Source: Auanema rhodensis
Taxonomy: Eukaryota; Animalia; Nematoda
DNA: 64,000 nucleotides
NCBI GenBank assembly: GCA_964057225.1
Contig: OZ059895.1
Location: forward strand, 23,622,001-23,686,000
Reading direction: 5' to 3'
The position numbers were made by a program, and so were the translations under genes. Each line of letters starts with the position of its first letter. The first letter of the stretch is position 1. The notes beneath the pieces were generated by a model that saw only the letters and a list, made by a program, of their open reading frames with translations, searched no databases and was not told where the DNA came from. This document shows, piece by piece, positions 26,101 to 42,000 of this stretch.

Positions 26101-29100
26101 TTATTGATATTGGTGCATGGTAACCATGACTTTGAATTTTACGTGAACTTTAATTTATGCTAATTAAATGTACACGTGATGTGCACTTGGTATGTAACTC
26201 GCTTCACGTGAAAGATAAAGAGATGCGGTTTTCAAAATTAGATTCCCCATGTCCATATTAGTCTAAAAACAAATTTTTATTGATATTGCTTCATGGTAAC
26301 CATGACTTTGAAATTTACGTGAACTTTAATTTATGCTAATTAAATGTACACGTGATGTGCACTTGGTATGTAACTCGCTTCACGTGAAAGATAAAGAGAT
26401 GCGGTTTACAAAATTAGATTCCCCATGTCCATATTAGTCTAAAAACAAATTTTTATTGATATTGGTTCATGGTAACCATGACTTTGAAATTTACGTGAAC
26501 TTTAATTTATGCTAATTAAATGTACACGTGATGTGCACTTGGTATGTAACTCGCTTCACGTGAAAGATAAAGAGATGCGGTTTTCAAAATTAGATTCCCC
26601 ATGTCCATATTAGTCTAAAAACAAAATTTTATTGATATTGCTTCATGGTAACCATGACTTTGAATTTTACGTGAACTCTAATTTATGCTAATTAAACGTA
26701 CACGTGATGTGCACTTGGTATGTAACTCGCTTCACGTGAAAGATAAAGAGATGCGGTTTTCAAAATTAGATTCCCCATGTCCATATTAGTCTAAAAACAA
26801 ATTTTTATTGATATTGCTTCATGGTAACCATGACTTTGAAATTTACGTGAACTTTAATTTATGCTAATTAAATGTACACGTGATGTGCACTTGGTATGTA
26901 ACTCGCTTCACGTGAAAGATAAAGAGATGCGGTTTTCAAAATTAGATTCCCCATGTCCATATTAGTCTAAAAACAAATTTTTATTGATATTGCTTCATGG
27001 TAACCATGACTTTGAAATTTACGTGAACTTTAATTTATGCTAATTAAATGTACACGTGATGTGCACTTGGTATGTAACTCGCTTCACGTGAAAGATAAAG
27101 AGATGCGGTTTTCAAAATTAGATTCCCCATGTCCATATTAGTCTAAAAACAAATTTTTATTGATATTGGTGCATGGTAACCATGACTTTGAAATTTACGT
27201 GAACTTTAATTTATGCTAATTAAATGTACACGTGATGTGCACTTGGTATGTAACTCGCTTCACGTGAAAGATAAAGAGATGCGGTTTTCAAAATTAGATT
27301 CCCCATGTCCATATTAGTCTAAAAACAAATTTTTATTGATATTGGTGCATGGTAACCATGACTTTGAATTTTACGTGAACTTTAATTTATGCTAATTAAA
27401 TGTACACGTGATGTGCACTTGGTATGTAACTCGCTTCACGTGAAAGATAAAGAGATGCGGTTTTCAAAATTAGATTCCCCATGTCCATATTAGTCTAAAA
27501 ACAAATTTTTATTGATATTGCTTCATGGTAACCATGACTTTGAAATTTACGTGAACTTTAATTTATGCTAATTAAATGTACACGTGATGTGCACTTGGTA
27601 TGTAACTCGCTTCACGTGAAAGATAAAGAGATGCGGTTTTCAAAATTAGATTCCCCATGTCCATATTAGTCTAAAAACAAAATTTTATTGATATTGCTTC
27701 ATGGTAACCATGACTTTGAATTTTACGTGAACTTTAATTTATGCTAATTAAACGTACACGTGATGTGCACTTGGTATGTAACTCGCTTCACGTGAAAGAT
27801 AAAGAGATGCTGTTTTCAAAATTAGATTCCCCATGTCCATATTAGTCTAAAAACAAATTTTTATTGATATTGGTGCATGGTAACCATGACTTTGAATTTT
27901 ACGTGAACTTTAATTTATGCTAATTAAATGTACACGTGATGTGCACTTGGTATGTAACTCGCTTCACGTGAAAGATAAAGAGATGCGGTTTTTAAAATTA
28001 GATTCCCCATGTCCATATTAGTCTAAAAACAAATTTTTATTGATATTGCTTCATGGTAACCATGACTTTGAAATTTACGTGAACTTTAATTTATGCTAAT
28101 TAAATGTACACGTGATGTGCACTTGGTATGTAACTCGCTTCACGTGAAAGATAAAGAGATGCGGTTTACAAAATTAGATTCCCCATGTCCATATTAGTCT
28201 AAAAACAAATTTTTATTGATATTGGTTCATGGTAACCATGACTTTGAAATTTACGTGAACTTTAATTTATGCTAATTAAATGTACACGTGATGTGCACTT
28301 GGTATGTAACTCGCTTCACGTGAAAGATAAAGAGATGCGGTTTTCAAAATTAGATTCCCCATGTCCATATTAGTCTAAAAACAAAATTTTATTGATATTG
28401 CTTCATGGTAACCATGACTTTGAATTTTACGTGAACTTTAATTTATGCTAATTAAACGTACACGTGATGTGCACTTGGTATGTAACTCGCTTCACGTGAA
28501 AGATAAAGAGATGCGGTTTTCAAAATTAGATTCCCCATGTCCATATTAGTCTAAAAACAAATTTTTATTGATATTGCTTCATGGTAACCATGACTTTGAA
28601 ATTTACGTGAACTTTAATTTATGCTAATTAAATGTACACGTGATGTGCACTTGGTATGTAACTCGCTTCACGTGAAAGATAAAGAGATGCGGTTTTCAAA
28701 ATTAGATTCCCCATGTCCATATTAGTCTAAAAACAAACTTTTATTGATATTGGTTCATGGTAACCATGACTTTGAAATTTACGTGAACTTTAATTTATGC
28801 TAATTAAATGTACACGTGATGTGCACTTGGTATGTAACTCGCTTCACGTGAAAGATAAAGAGATGCGGTTTTCAAAATTAGATTCCCCATGTCCATATTA
28901 GTCTAAAAACAAATTTTTATTGATATTGCTTCATGGTAACCATGACTTTGAAATTTACGTGAACTTTAATTTATGCTAATTAAATGTACACGTGATGTGC
29001 ACTTGGTATGTAACTCGCTTCACGTGAAAGATAAAGAGATGCGGTTTTCAAAATTAGATTCCCCATGTCCATATTAGTCTAAAAACAAATTTTTATTGAT

Positions 29101-32100
29101 ATTGGTGCATGGTAACCATGACTTTGAAATTTACGTGAACTTTAATTTATGCTAATTAAATGTACACGTGATGTGCACTTGGTATGTAACTCGCTTCACG
29201 TGAAAGATAAAGAGATGCGGTTTTCAAAATTAGATTCCCCATGTCCATATTAGTCTAAAAACAAATTTTTATTGATATTGGTGCATGGTAACCATGACTT
29301 TGAATTTTACGTGAACTTTAATTTATGCTAATTAAATGTACACGTGATGTGCACTTGGTATGTAACTCGCTTCACGTGAAAGATAAAGAGATGCGGTTTT
29401 CAAAATTAGATTCCCCATGTCCATATTAGTCTAAAAACAAATTTTTATTGATATTGGTGCATGGTAACCATGACTTTGAAATTTACGTGAACTTTAATTT
29501 ATGCTAATTAAATGTACACGTGATGTGCACTTGGTATGTAACTCGCTTCACGTGAAAGATAAAGAGATGCGGTTTTCAAAATTAGATTCCCCATGTCCAT
29601 ATTAGTCTAAAAACAAATTTTTATTGATATTGGTGCATGGTAACCATGACTTTGAATTTTACGTGAACTTTAATTTATGCTAATTAAATGTACAAGTGAT
29701 GTGCACTTGGTATGTAACTCGCTTCACGTGAAAGATAAAGAGATGCGGTTTTCAAAATTAGATTCCCCATGTCCATATTAGTCTAAAAACAAATTTTTAT
29801 TGATATTGGTTCATGGTAACCATGACTTTGAAATTTACGTGAACTTTAATTTATGCTAATTAAATGTACACGTGATGTGCACTTGGTATGTAACTCGCTT
29901 CACGTGAAAGATAAAGAGATGCGGTTTTCAAAATTAGATTCCCCATGTCCATATTAGTCTAAAAACAAATTTTTATTGATATTGGTTCATGGTAACCATG
30001 ACTTTGAAATTTACGTGAACTTTAATTTATGCTAATTAAATGTACACGTGATGTGCACTTGGTATGTAACTCGCTTCACGTGAAAGATAAAGAGATGCGG
30101 TTTTCAAAATTAGATTCCCCATGTCCATATTAGTCTAAAAACAAATTTTTATTGATATTGGTGCATGGTAACCATGACTTTGAAATTTACGTGAACTTTA
30201 ATTTATGCTAATTAAATGTACACGTGATGTGCACTTGGTATGTAACTCGCTTCACGTGAAAGATAAAGAGATGCGGTTTTCAAAATTAGATTCCCCATGT
30301 CCATATTAGTCTAAAAACAAATTTTTATTGATATTGCTTCATGGTAACCATGACTTTGAAATTTACGTGAACTTTAATTTATGCTAATTAAATGTACACG
30401 TGATGTGCACTTGGTATGTAACTCGCTTCACGTGAAAGATAAAGAGATGCGGTTTTCAAAATTAGATTCCCCATGTCCATATTAGTCTAAAAACAAAATT
30501 TTATTGATATTGCTTCATGGTAACCATGACTTTGAATTTTACGTGAACTTTAATTTATGCTAATTAAACGTACACGTGATGTGCACTTGGTATGTAACTC
30601 GCTTCACGTGAAAGATAAAGAGATGCTGTTTTCAAAATTAGATTCCCCATGTCCATATTAGTCTAAAAACAAATTTTTATTGATATTGGTGCATGGTAAC
30701 CATGACTTTGAATTTTACGTGAACTTTAATTTATGCTAATTAAATGTACACGTGATGTGCACTTGGTATGTAACTCGCTTCACGTGAAAGATAAAGAGAT
30801 GCGGTTTTTAAAATTAGATTCCCCATGTCCATATTAGTCTAAAAACAAATTTTTATTGATATTGCTTCATGGTAACCATGACTTTGAAATTTACGTGAAC
30901 TTTAATTTATGCTAATTAAATGTACACGTGATGTGCACTTGGTATGTAACTCGCTTCACGTGAAAGATAAAGAGATGCGGTTTACAAAATTAGATTCCCC
31001 ATGTCCATATTAGTCTAAAAACAAATTTTTATTGATATTGGTTCATGGTAACCATGACTTTGAAATTTACGTGAACTTTAATTTATGCTAATTAAATGTA
31101 CACGTGATGTGCACTTGGTATGTAACTCGCTTCACGTGAAAGATAAAGAGATGCGGTTTTCAAAATTAGATTCCCCATGTCCATATTAGTCTAAAAACAA
31201 AATTTTATTGATATTGCTTCATGGTAACCATGACTTTGAATTTTACGTGAACTTTAATTTATGCTAATTAAACGTACACGTGATGTGCACTTGGTATGTA
31301 ACTCGCTTCACGTGAAAGATAAAGAGATGCGGTTTTCAAAATTAGATTCCCCATGTCCATATTAGTCTAAAAACAAATTTTTATTGATATTGCTTCATGG
31401 TAACCATGACTTTGAAATTTACGTGAACTTTAATTTATGCTAATTAAATGTACACGTGATGTGCACTTGGTATGTAACTCGCTTCACGTGAAAGATAAAG
31501 AGATGCGGTTTTCAAAATTAGATTCCCCATGTCCATATTAGTCTAAAAACAAATTTTTATTGATATTGGTTCATGGTAACCATGACTTTGAAATTTACGT
31601 GAACTTTAATTTATGCTAATTAAATGTACACGTGATGTGCACTTGGTATGTAACTCGCTTCACGTGAAAGATAAAGAGATGCGGTTTTCAAAATTAGATT
31701 CCCCATGTCCATATTAGTCTAAAAACAAATTTTTATTGATATTGCTTCATGGTAACCATGACTTTGAAATTTACGTGAACTTTAATTTATGCTAATTAAA
31801 TGTACACGTGATGTGCACTTGGTATGTAACTCGCTTCACGTGAAAGATAAAGAGATGCGGTTTTCAAAATTAGATTCCCCATGTCCATATTAGTCTAAAA
31901 ACAAATTTTTATTGATATTGGTGCATGGTAACCATGACTTTGAAATTTACGTGAACTTTAATTTATGCTAATTAAATGTACACGTGATGTGCACTTGGTA
32001 TGTAACTCGCTTCACGTGAAAGATAAAGAGATGCGGTTTTCAAAATTAGATTCCCCATGTCCATATTAGTCTAAAAACAAATTTTTATTGATATTGGTGC

Positions 32101-33060
32101 ATGGTAACCATGACTTTGAATTTTACGTGAACTTTAATTTATGCTAATTAAATGTACACGTGATGTGCACTTGGTATGTAACTCGCTTCACGTGAAAGAT
32201 AAAGAGATGCGGTTTTCAAAATTAGATTCCCCATGTCCATATTAGTCTAAAAACAAATTTTTATTGATATTGGTGCATGGTAACCATGACTTTGAAATTT
32301 ACGTGAACTTTAATTTATGCTAATTAAATGTACACGTGATGTGCACTTGGTATGTAACTCGCTTCACGTGAAAGATAAAGAGATGCGGTTTTCAAAATTA
32401 GATTCCCCATGTCCATATTAGTCTAAAAACAAATTTTTATTGATATTGGTGCATGGTAACCATGACTTTGAATTTTACGTGAACTTTAATTTATGCTAAT
32501 TAAATGTACAAGTGATGTGCACTTGGTATGTAACTCGCTTCACGTGAAAGATAAAGAGATGCGGTTTTCAAAATTAGATTCCCCATGTCCATATTAGTCT
32601 AAAAACAAATTTTTATTGATATTGGTTCATGGTAACCATGACTTTGAAATTTACGTGAACTTTAATTTATGCTAATTAAATGTACACGTGATGTGCACTT
32701 GGTATGTAACTCGCTTCACGTGAAAGATAAAGAGATGCGGTTTTCAAAATTAGATTCCCCATGTCCATATTAGTCTAAAAACAAATTTTTATTGATATTG
32801 GTTCATGGTAACCATGACTTTGAAATTTACGTGAACTTTAATTTATGCTAATTAAATGTACACGTGATGTGCACTTGGTATGTAACTCGCTTCACGTGAA
32901 AGATAAAGAGATGCGGTTTTCAAAATTAGATTCCCCATGTCCATATTAGTCTAAAAACAAATTTTTATTGATATTGGTGCATGGTAACCATGACTTTGAA
33001 ATTTACGTGAACTTTAATTTATGCTAATTAAATGTACACGTGATGTGCACTTGGTATGTA
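20200..33060. repeat. Satellite domain B, including a 5-mer (880 bp) and a 16-mer (2816 bp) tandem duplication
   Basis: New variants are T118 (GAATTTT), C94 (ATTGCTTC), A79+C150 (CAAAATTTT/AAACGTAC) and A37 (GGTTTACA). GAACTCTA occurs at about 25798 and 26678 (880 apart). GATGCTG occurs at 27811 and 30627, and TACAAGTG at 29695 and 32511 (both 2816 apart). Confidence 0.8.
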
Positions 33061-36000
33061 ACTTGCTTCACGTGAAAGATAAAGAGATGCGGTTTTCAAA
33101 ATTAGATTCCCCATGTCCATATTAGTCTAAAAACAAATTTTTATTGATATTGCTTCATGGTAACCATGACTTTGAAATTTACGTGAACTTTAATTTATGC
33201 TAATTAAATGTACACGTGATGTGCACTTGGTATGTAACTCGCTTCACGTGAAAGATAAAGAGATGCGGTTTTCAAAATTGGATTCCCCATGTCCATATTA
33301 GTCTAAAAACAAATTTTTATTGATATTGCTTCATGGTAACCATGACTTTGAAATTTACGTGAACTTTAATTTATGCTAATTAAATGTACACGTGATGTGC
33401 ACTTGGTATGTAACTTGCTTCACGTGAAAGATAAAGATATGCGGTTTTCAAAATTAGATTCCCCATGTCCATATTAGTCTAAAAACAAATTTTTATTGAT
33501 ATTGGTTCATGGTAACCATGACTTTGAAATTTACGTGAACTTTAATTTAAGCTAATTAAATGTACACGTGATGTGCACTTGGTATGTAATTCGCTTCACG
33601 TGAAAGATAAAGAGATGCGGTTTTCAAAATTAGATTCCCCATGTCCATATTAGTCTAAAAACAAATTTTTATTGATATTGGTGCATGGTAACCATGACTT
33701 TGAATTTTACGTGAACTTTAATTTATGCTAATTAAATGTACACGTGATGTGCACTTGGTATGTAACTCGCTTCACGTGAAAGATAAAGAGATGTGGTTTT
33801 CAAAATTAGATTCCCCATGTCCATATTAGTCTAAAAACAAATTTTTATTGATATTGGTGCATGGTAACCATGACTTTGAATTTTACGTGAACTTTAATTT
33901 ATGCTAATTAAATGTACACGTGATGTGCACTTGGTATGTAACTCGCTTCACGTGAAAGATAAAGAGATGCGGTTTTCAAAATTAGATTCCCCATGTCCAT
34001 ATTAGTCTAAAAACAAATTTTTATTGATATTGGTTCATGGTAACCATGACTTTGAAATTTACGTGAACTTTAATTTATGCTAATTAAATGTACACGTGAT
34101 GTGCACTTGGTATGTAACTCGCTTCACGTGAAAGATAAAGAGATGCGGTTTTCAAAATTAGATTCCCCATGTCCATATTAGTCTAAAAACAAATTTTTAT
34201 TGATATTGGTGCATGGTAACCATGACTTTGAAATTTACGTGAACTTTAATTTATGCTAATTAAATGTACACGTGATGTGCACTTGGTATGTAACTCGCTT
34301 CACGTGAAAGATAAAGAGATGCGGTTCTCAAAATTAGATTTCCCATGTCCATATTAGTCTAAAAACAAATTTATATTGATATTGGTGCATGGTAACCATG
34401 ACTTTGAATTTTACGTGAACTTTAATTTATGCTAATTAAATGTACACGTGATGTGCACTTGGTATGTAACTCGCTTCACGTGAAAGATAAAGAGATGCGG
34501 TTTTCAAAATTAGATTCCCCATGTCCATATTAGTCTAAAAACAAATTTTTATTGATATTGGTGCATGGTAACCATGACTTTGAAATTTACGTGAACTTTA
34601 ATTTATGCTAATTAAATGTACACGTGATGTGCACTTGGTATGTAACTCGCTTCACGTGAAAGATAAAGAGATGCGGTTTTCAAAATTAGATTCCCCATGT
34701 CCATATTAGTCTAAAAACAAATTTTTATTGATATTGGTGCATGGTAACCATGACTTTGAAATTTACGTGAATTTTAATTTATGCTAATTAAATGTACACG
34801 TGATGTGCACTTGGTATGTAACTCGCTTCACGTGAAAGATAAAGAGATGCGGTTTTCAAAATTAGATTCCCCATGTCCATATTAGTCTAAAAACAAATTT
34901 TTATTGATATTGGTTCATGGTCACCATGACTTTGAAATTTACGTGAACTTTAATTTATGCTAATTAAATGTACACGTGATGTGCACTTGGTATGTAACTC
35001 GCTTCACGTGAAAGATAAAGAGATGCGGTTTTCAAAATTAGATTCCCCATGTCCATATTAGTCTAAAAACAAATTTTTATTGATATTGGTTCATGGTAAC
35101 CATGACTTTGAAATTTACGTGAACTTTAATTTATGCTAATTAAATGTACACATGATGTGCACTTGGTATGTAACTCGCTTCACGTGAAAGATAAAGAGAT
35201 GCGGTTTTCAAAATTAGATTCCCCATGTCCATATTAGTCTAAAAACAAATTTTTATTGATATTGGTTCATGGTAACCATGACTTTGAAATTTACGTGAAC
35301 TTTAATTTATGCTAATTAAATGTACACGTGATGTGCACTTGGTATGTAACTCGCTTCACGTGAAAGATAAAGAGATGCGGTTTTCAACATTAGATTCCCC
35401 ATGTCCATATTAGTCTAAAAACAAATTTTTATTGATATTGCTTCATGGTAACCATGACTTTGAAATTTACGTGAACTTTAATTTATGCTAATTAAATGTA
35501 CACGTGATGTGCACTTGGTATGTAACTCGCTTCACGTGAAAGATAAAGAGATGCGGTTTTCAAAATTAGATTCCCCATGTCCATATTAGTCTAAAAACAA
35601 ATTTTTATTGATATTGGTGCATGGTAACCATGACTTTGAAATTTACGTGAACTTTAATTTATGCTAATTAAATGTACACGTGATGTGCACTTGGTATGTA
35701 ACTCGCTTCACGTGAAAGATAAAGAGATGCGGTTTTCAAAATTAGATTCCCCATGTCCATATTAGTCTAAAAACAAATTTTTATTGATATTGGTGCATGG
35801 TAACCATGACTTTGAATTTTACGTGAACTTTAATTTATGCTAATTAAATGTACACGTGATGTGCACTTGGTATGTAACTCGCTTCACGTGAATGATAAAG
35901 AGATGCGGTTTTCAAAATTAGATTTCCCATGTCCATATTAGTCTAAAAACAAATTTTTATTGATATTGGTGCATGGTAACCATGACTTTGAAATTTACGT

Positions 36001-39000
36001 GAACTTTAATTTATGCTAATTAAATGTACACGTGATGTGCACTTGGTATGTAACTCGCTTCACGTGAAAGATAAAGAGATGCGGTTTTCAAAATTAGATT
36101 CCCCATGTCCATATTAGTCTAAAATCAAATTTTTATTGATATTGGTGCATGGTAACCATGACTTTGAATTTTACGTGAACTTTAATTTATGCTAATTAAA
36201 TGTACACGTGATGTGCACTTGGTATGTAACTCGCTTCACGTGAAAGATAAAGAGATGCGGTTTTCAAAATTAGATTCCCCATGTCCATATTAGTCTAAAA
36301 ACAAATTTTTATTGATATTGGTTCATGGTAACCATGACTTTGAAATTTACGTGAACTTTAATTTATGCTAATTAAATGTACACGTGATGTGCACTTGGTA
36401 TGTAACTCGCTTCACGTGAAAGATAAAGAGATGCGGTTTTCAAAATTAGATTCCCCATGTCCATATTAGTCTAAAAACAAATTTTTATTGATATTGGTTC
36501 ATGGTAACCATGACTTTGAAATTTACGTGAACTTTAATTTATGCTAATTAAATGTACACGTGATGTGCACTTGGTATGTAACTCGCTTCACGTGAAAGAT
36601 AAAGAGATGCGGTTTTCAAAATTAGATTCCCCATGTCCATATTAGTCTAAAAACAAATTTTTATTGATATTGGTGCATGGTAACCATGACTTTGAAATTT
36701 ACGTGAACTTTAATTTATGCTAATTAAATGTACACGTGATGTGCACTTGGTATGTAACTCGCTTCACGTGAAAGATAAAGAGATGCGGTTTTCAAAATTA
36801 GATTCCCCATGTCCATATTAGTCTAAAAACAAATTTTTATTGATATTGGTGCATGGTAACCATGACTTTGAAATTTACGTGAACTTTAATTTATGCTAAT
36901 TAAATGTACACGTGATGTGCACTTGGTATGTAACTCGCTTCACGTGAAAGATAAAGAGATGCGGTTTTCAAAATTAGATTCCCCATGTCCATATTAGTCT
37001 AAAATCAAATTTTTATTGATATTGGTGCATGGTAACCATGACTTTGAATTTTACGTGAACTTTAATTTATGCTAATTAAATGTACACGTGATGTGCACTT
37101 GGTATGTAACTCGCTTCACGTGAAAGATAAAGAGATGCGGTTTTCAAAATTAGATTCCCCATGTCCATATTAGTCTAAAAACAAATTTTTATTGATATTG
37201 GTTCATGGTAACCATGACTTTGAAATTTACGTGAACTTTAATTTATGCTAATTAAATGTACACGTGATGTGCACTTGGTATGTAACTCGCTTCACGTGAA
37301 AGATAAAGAGATGCGGTTTTCAAAATTAGATTCCCCATGTCCATATTAGTCTAAAAACAAATTTTTATTGATATTGGTTCATGGTAACCATGACTTTGAA
37401 ATTTACGTGAACTTTAATTTATGCTAATTAAATGTACACGTGATGTGCACTTGGTATGTAACTCGCTTCACGTGAAAGATAAAGAGATGCGGTTTTCAAA
37501 ATTAGATTCCCCATGTCCATATTAGTCTAAAAACAAATTTTTATTGATATTGGTGCATGGTAACCATGACTTTGAAATTTACGTGAACTTTAATTTATGC
37601 TAATTAAATGTACACGTGATGTGCACTTGGTATGTAACTTGCTTCACGTGAAAGATAAAGAGATGCGGTTTTCAAAATTAGATTCCCATGTCCATATTAG
37701 TCTAAAAACAAATTTTTATTGATATTGCTTCATGGTAACCATGACTTTGAAATTTACGTGAACTTTAATTTATGCTAATTAAATGTACACGTGATGTGCA
37801 CTTGGTATGTAACTCGCTTCACGTGAAAGATAAAGAGATGCGGTTTTCAAAATTGGATTCCCCATGTCCATATTAGTCTAAAAACAAATTTTTATTGATA
37901 TTGCTTCATGGTAACCATGACTTTGAAATTTACGTGAACTTTAATTTATGCTAATTAAATGTACACGTGATGTGCACTTGGTATGTAACTTGCTTCACGT
38001 GAAAGATAAAGATATGCGGTTTTCAAAATTAGATTCCCCATGTCCATATTAGTCTAAAAACAAATTTTTATTGATATTGGTTCATGGTAACCATGACTTT
38101 GAAATTTACGTGAACTTTAATTTATGCTAATTAAATGTACACGTGATGTGCACTTGGTATGTAACTCGCTTCACGTGAAAGATAAAGAGATGCGGTTTTC
38201 AAAATTAGATTCCCCATGTCCATATTAGTCTAAAAACAAATTTTTATTGATATTGGTTCATGGTAACCATGACTTTGAAATTTACGTGAACTTTAATTTA
38301 TGCTAATTAAATGTACACGTGATGTGCACTTGGTATGTAACTCGCTTCACGTGAAAGATAAAGAGATGCGGTTTTCAAAATTAGATTTCCCATGTCCATA
38401 TTAGTCTAAAAACAAATTTTTATTGATATTGCTTCATGGTAACCATGACTTTGAAATTTACGTGAACTTTAATTTATGCTAATTAAATGTACACGTGATG
38501 TGCACTTGGTATGTAACTTGCTTCACGTGAAAGATAAAGATATGCGGTTTTCAAAATTAGATTCCCCATGTCCATATTAGTCTAAAAACAAATTTTTATT
38601 GATATTGGTTCATGGTAACCATGACTTTGAAATTTACGTGAACTTTAATTTAAGCTAATTAAATGTACACGTGATGTGCACTTGGTATGTAATTCGCTTC
38701 ACGTGAAAGATAAAGAGATGCGGTTTTCAAAATTAGATTCCCCATGTCCATATTAGTCTAAAAACAAATTTTTATTGATATTGGTGCATGGTAACCATGA
38801 CTTTGAATTTTACGTGAACTTTAATTTATGCTAATTAAATGTACACGTGATGTGCACTTGGTATGTAACTTGCTTCACGTGAAAGATAAAGAGATGCGGT
38901 TTTCAAAATTAGATTCCCCATGTCCATATTAGTCTAAAAACAAATTTTTATTGATATTGCTTCATGGTAACCATGACTTTGAAATTTACGTGAACTTTAA

Positions 39001-42000
39001 TTTATGCTAATTAAATGTACACGTGATGTGCACTTGGTATGTAACTCGCTTCACGTGAAAGATAAAGAGATGCGGTTTTCAAAATTGGATTCCCCATGTC
39101 CATATTAGTCTAAAAACAAATTTTTATTGATATTGCTTCATGGTAACCATGACTTTGAAATTTACGTGAACTTTAATTTATGCTAATTAAATGTACACGT
39201 GATGTGCACTTGGTATGTAACTTGCTTCACGTGAAAGATAAAGATATGCGGTTTTCAAAATTAGATTCCCCATGTCCATATTAGTCTAAAAACAAATTTT
39301 TATTGATATTGGTTCATGGTAACCATGACTTTGAAATTTACGTGAACTTTAATTTAAGCTAATTAAATGTACACGTGATGTGCACTTGGTATGTAATTCG
39401 CTTCACGTGAAAGATAAAGAGATGCGGTTTTCAAAATTAGATTCCCCATGTCCATATTAGTCTAAAAACAAATTTTTATTGATATTGGTGCATGGTAACC
39501 ATGACTTTGAATTTTACGTGAACTTTAATTTATGCTAATTAAATGTACACGTGATGTGCACTTGGTATGTAACTCGCTTCACGTGAAAGATAAAGAGATG
39601 TGGTTTTCAAAATTAGATTCCCCATGTCCATATTAGTCTAAAAACAAATTTTTATTGATATTGGTGCATGGTAACCATGACTTTGAATTTTACGTGAACT
39701 TTAATTTATGCTAATTAAATGTACACGTGATGTGCACTTGGTATGTAACTCGCTTCACGTGAAAGATAAAGAGATGCGGTTTTCAAAATTAGATTCCCCA
39801 TGTCCATATTAGTCTAAAAACAAATTTTTATTGATATTGGTTCATGGTAACCATGACTTTGAAATTTACGTGAACTTTAATTTATGCTAATTAAATGTAC
39901 ACGTGATGTGCACTTGGTATGTAACTCGCTTCACGTGAACGATAAAGAGATGCGGTTTTCAAAATTAGATTCCCCATGTCCATATTAGTCTAAAAACAAA
40001 TTTTTATTGATATTGGTGCATGGTAACCATGACTTTGAAATTTACGTGAACTTTAATTTATGCTAATTAAATGTACACGTGATGTGCTCTTGGTATGTAA
40101 CTCGCTTCACGTGAAAGATAAAGAGATGCGGTTTTCAAAATTAGATTCCCCATGTCCATATTAGTCTAAAAACAAATTTTTATTGATATTGGTGCATGGT
40201 AACCATGACTTTGAAATTTACGTGAACTTTAATTTATGCTAATTAAATGTACACGTGATGTGCACTTGGTATGTAACTCGCTTCACGTGAAAGATAAAGA
40301 GATGCGGTTTTCAAAATTAGATTCCCCATGTCCATATTAGTCTAAAAACAAATTTTTATTGATATTGGTGCATGGTAACCATGACTTTGAAATTTACGTG
40401 AACTTTAATTTATGCTAATTAAATGTACACGTGATGTGCACTTGGTATGTAACTCGCTTCACGTGAAAGATAAAGAGATGCGGTTTTCAAAATTAGATTC
40501 CCCATGTCCATATTAGTCTAAAAACAAATTTTTATTGATATAGGTGCATGGTAACCATGACTTTGAAATTTACGTGAACTTTAATTTATGCTAATTAAAT
40601 GTACACGTGATGTGCACTTGGTATGTAACTCGCTTCACGTGAAAGATAAAGAGATGCGGTTCTCAAAATTAGATTCCCCATGTCCATATTAGTCTAAAAA
40701 CATATTTTTATTGATATTGGTGCATGGTAACCATGACTTTGAATTTTACGTGAACTTTAATTTATGCTAATTAAATGTACACGTGATGTGCACTTGGTAT
40801 GTAACTCGCTTCACGTGAAAGATAAAGAGATGCGGTTTTCAAAATTAGATTCCCCATGTCCATATTAGTCTAAAAACAAATTTTTATTGATATTGGTTCA
40901 TGGTAACCATGACTTTGAAATTTACGTGAACTTTAATTTATGCTAATTAAATGTACACGTGATGTGCACTTGGTATGTAACTCGCTTCACGTGAAAGATA
41001 AAGAGATGCGGTTTTCAAAATTAGATTCCCCATGTCCATATTAGTCTTAAAACAAATTTTTATTGATATTGGTTCATGGTAACCATGACTTTGAAATTTA
41101 CGTGAACTTTAATTTATGCTAATTAAATGTACACGTGATGTGCACTTGGTATGTAACTCGCTTCACGTGAAAGATAAAGAGATGCGGTTTTCAAAATTAG
41201 ATTCCCCATGTCCATATTAGTCTAAAAACAAATTTTTATTGATATTGGTGCATGGTAACCATGACTTTGAAATTTACGTGAACTTTAATTTATGCTAATT
41301 AAATGTACACGTGATGTGCACTTGGTATGTAACTTGCTTCACGTGAAAGATAAAGAGATGCGGTTTTCAAAATTGGATTCCCCATGTCCATATTAGTCTA
41401 AAAACAAATTTTTATTGATATTGCTTCATGGTAACCATGACTTTGAAATTTACGTGAACTTTAATTTATGCTAATTAAATGTACACGTGATGTGCACTTG
41501 GTATGTAACTCGCTTCACGTGAAAGATAAAGAGATGCGGTTTTCAAAATTAGATTCCCCATGTCCATATTAGTCTAAAAACAAATTTTTATTGATATTGC
41601 TTCATGGTAACCATGACTTTGAAATTTACGTGAACTTTAATTTATGCTAATTAAATGTACACGTGATGTGCACTTGGTATGTAACTCGCTTCACGTGAAA
41701 GATAAAGAGATGCGGTTTTCAAAATTGGATTCCCCATGTCCATATTAGTCTAAAAACAAATTTTTATTGATATTGCTTCATGGTAACCATGACTTTGAAA
41801 TTTACGTGAACTTTAATTTATGCTAATTAAATGTACACGTGATATGCACTTGGTATGTAACTTGCTTCACGTGAAAGATAAAGATATGCGGTTTTCAAAA
41901 TTAGATTCCCCATGTCCATATTAGTCTAAAAACAAATTTTTATTGATATTGGTTCATGGTAACCATGACTTTGAAATTTACGTGAACTTTAATTTATGCT

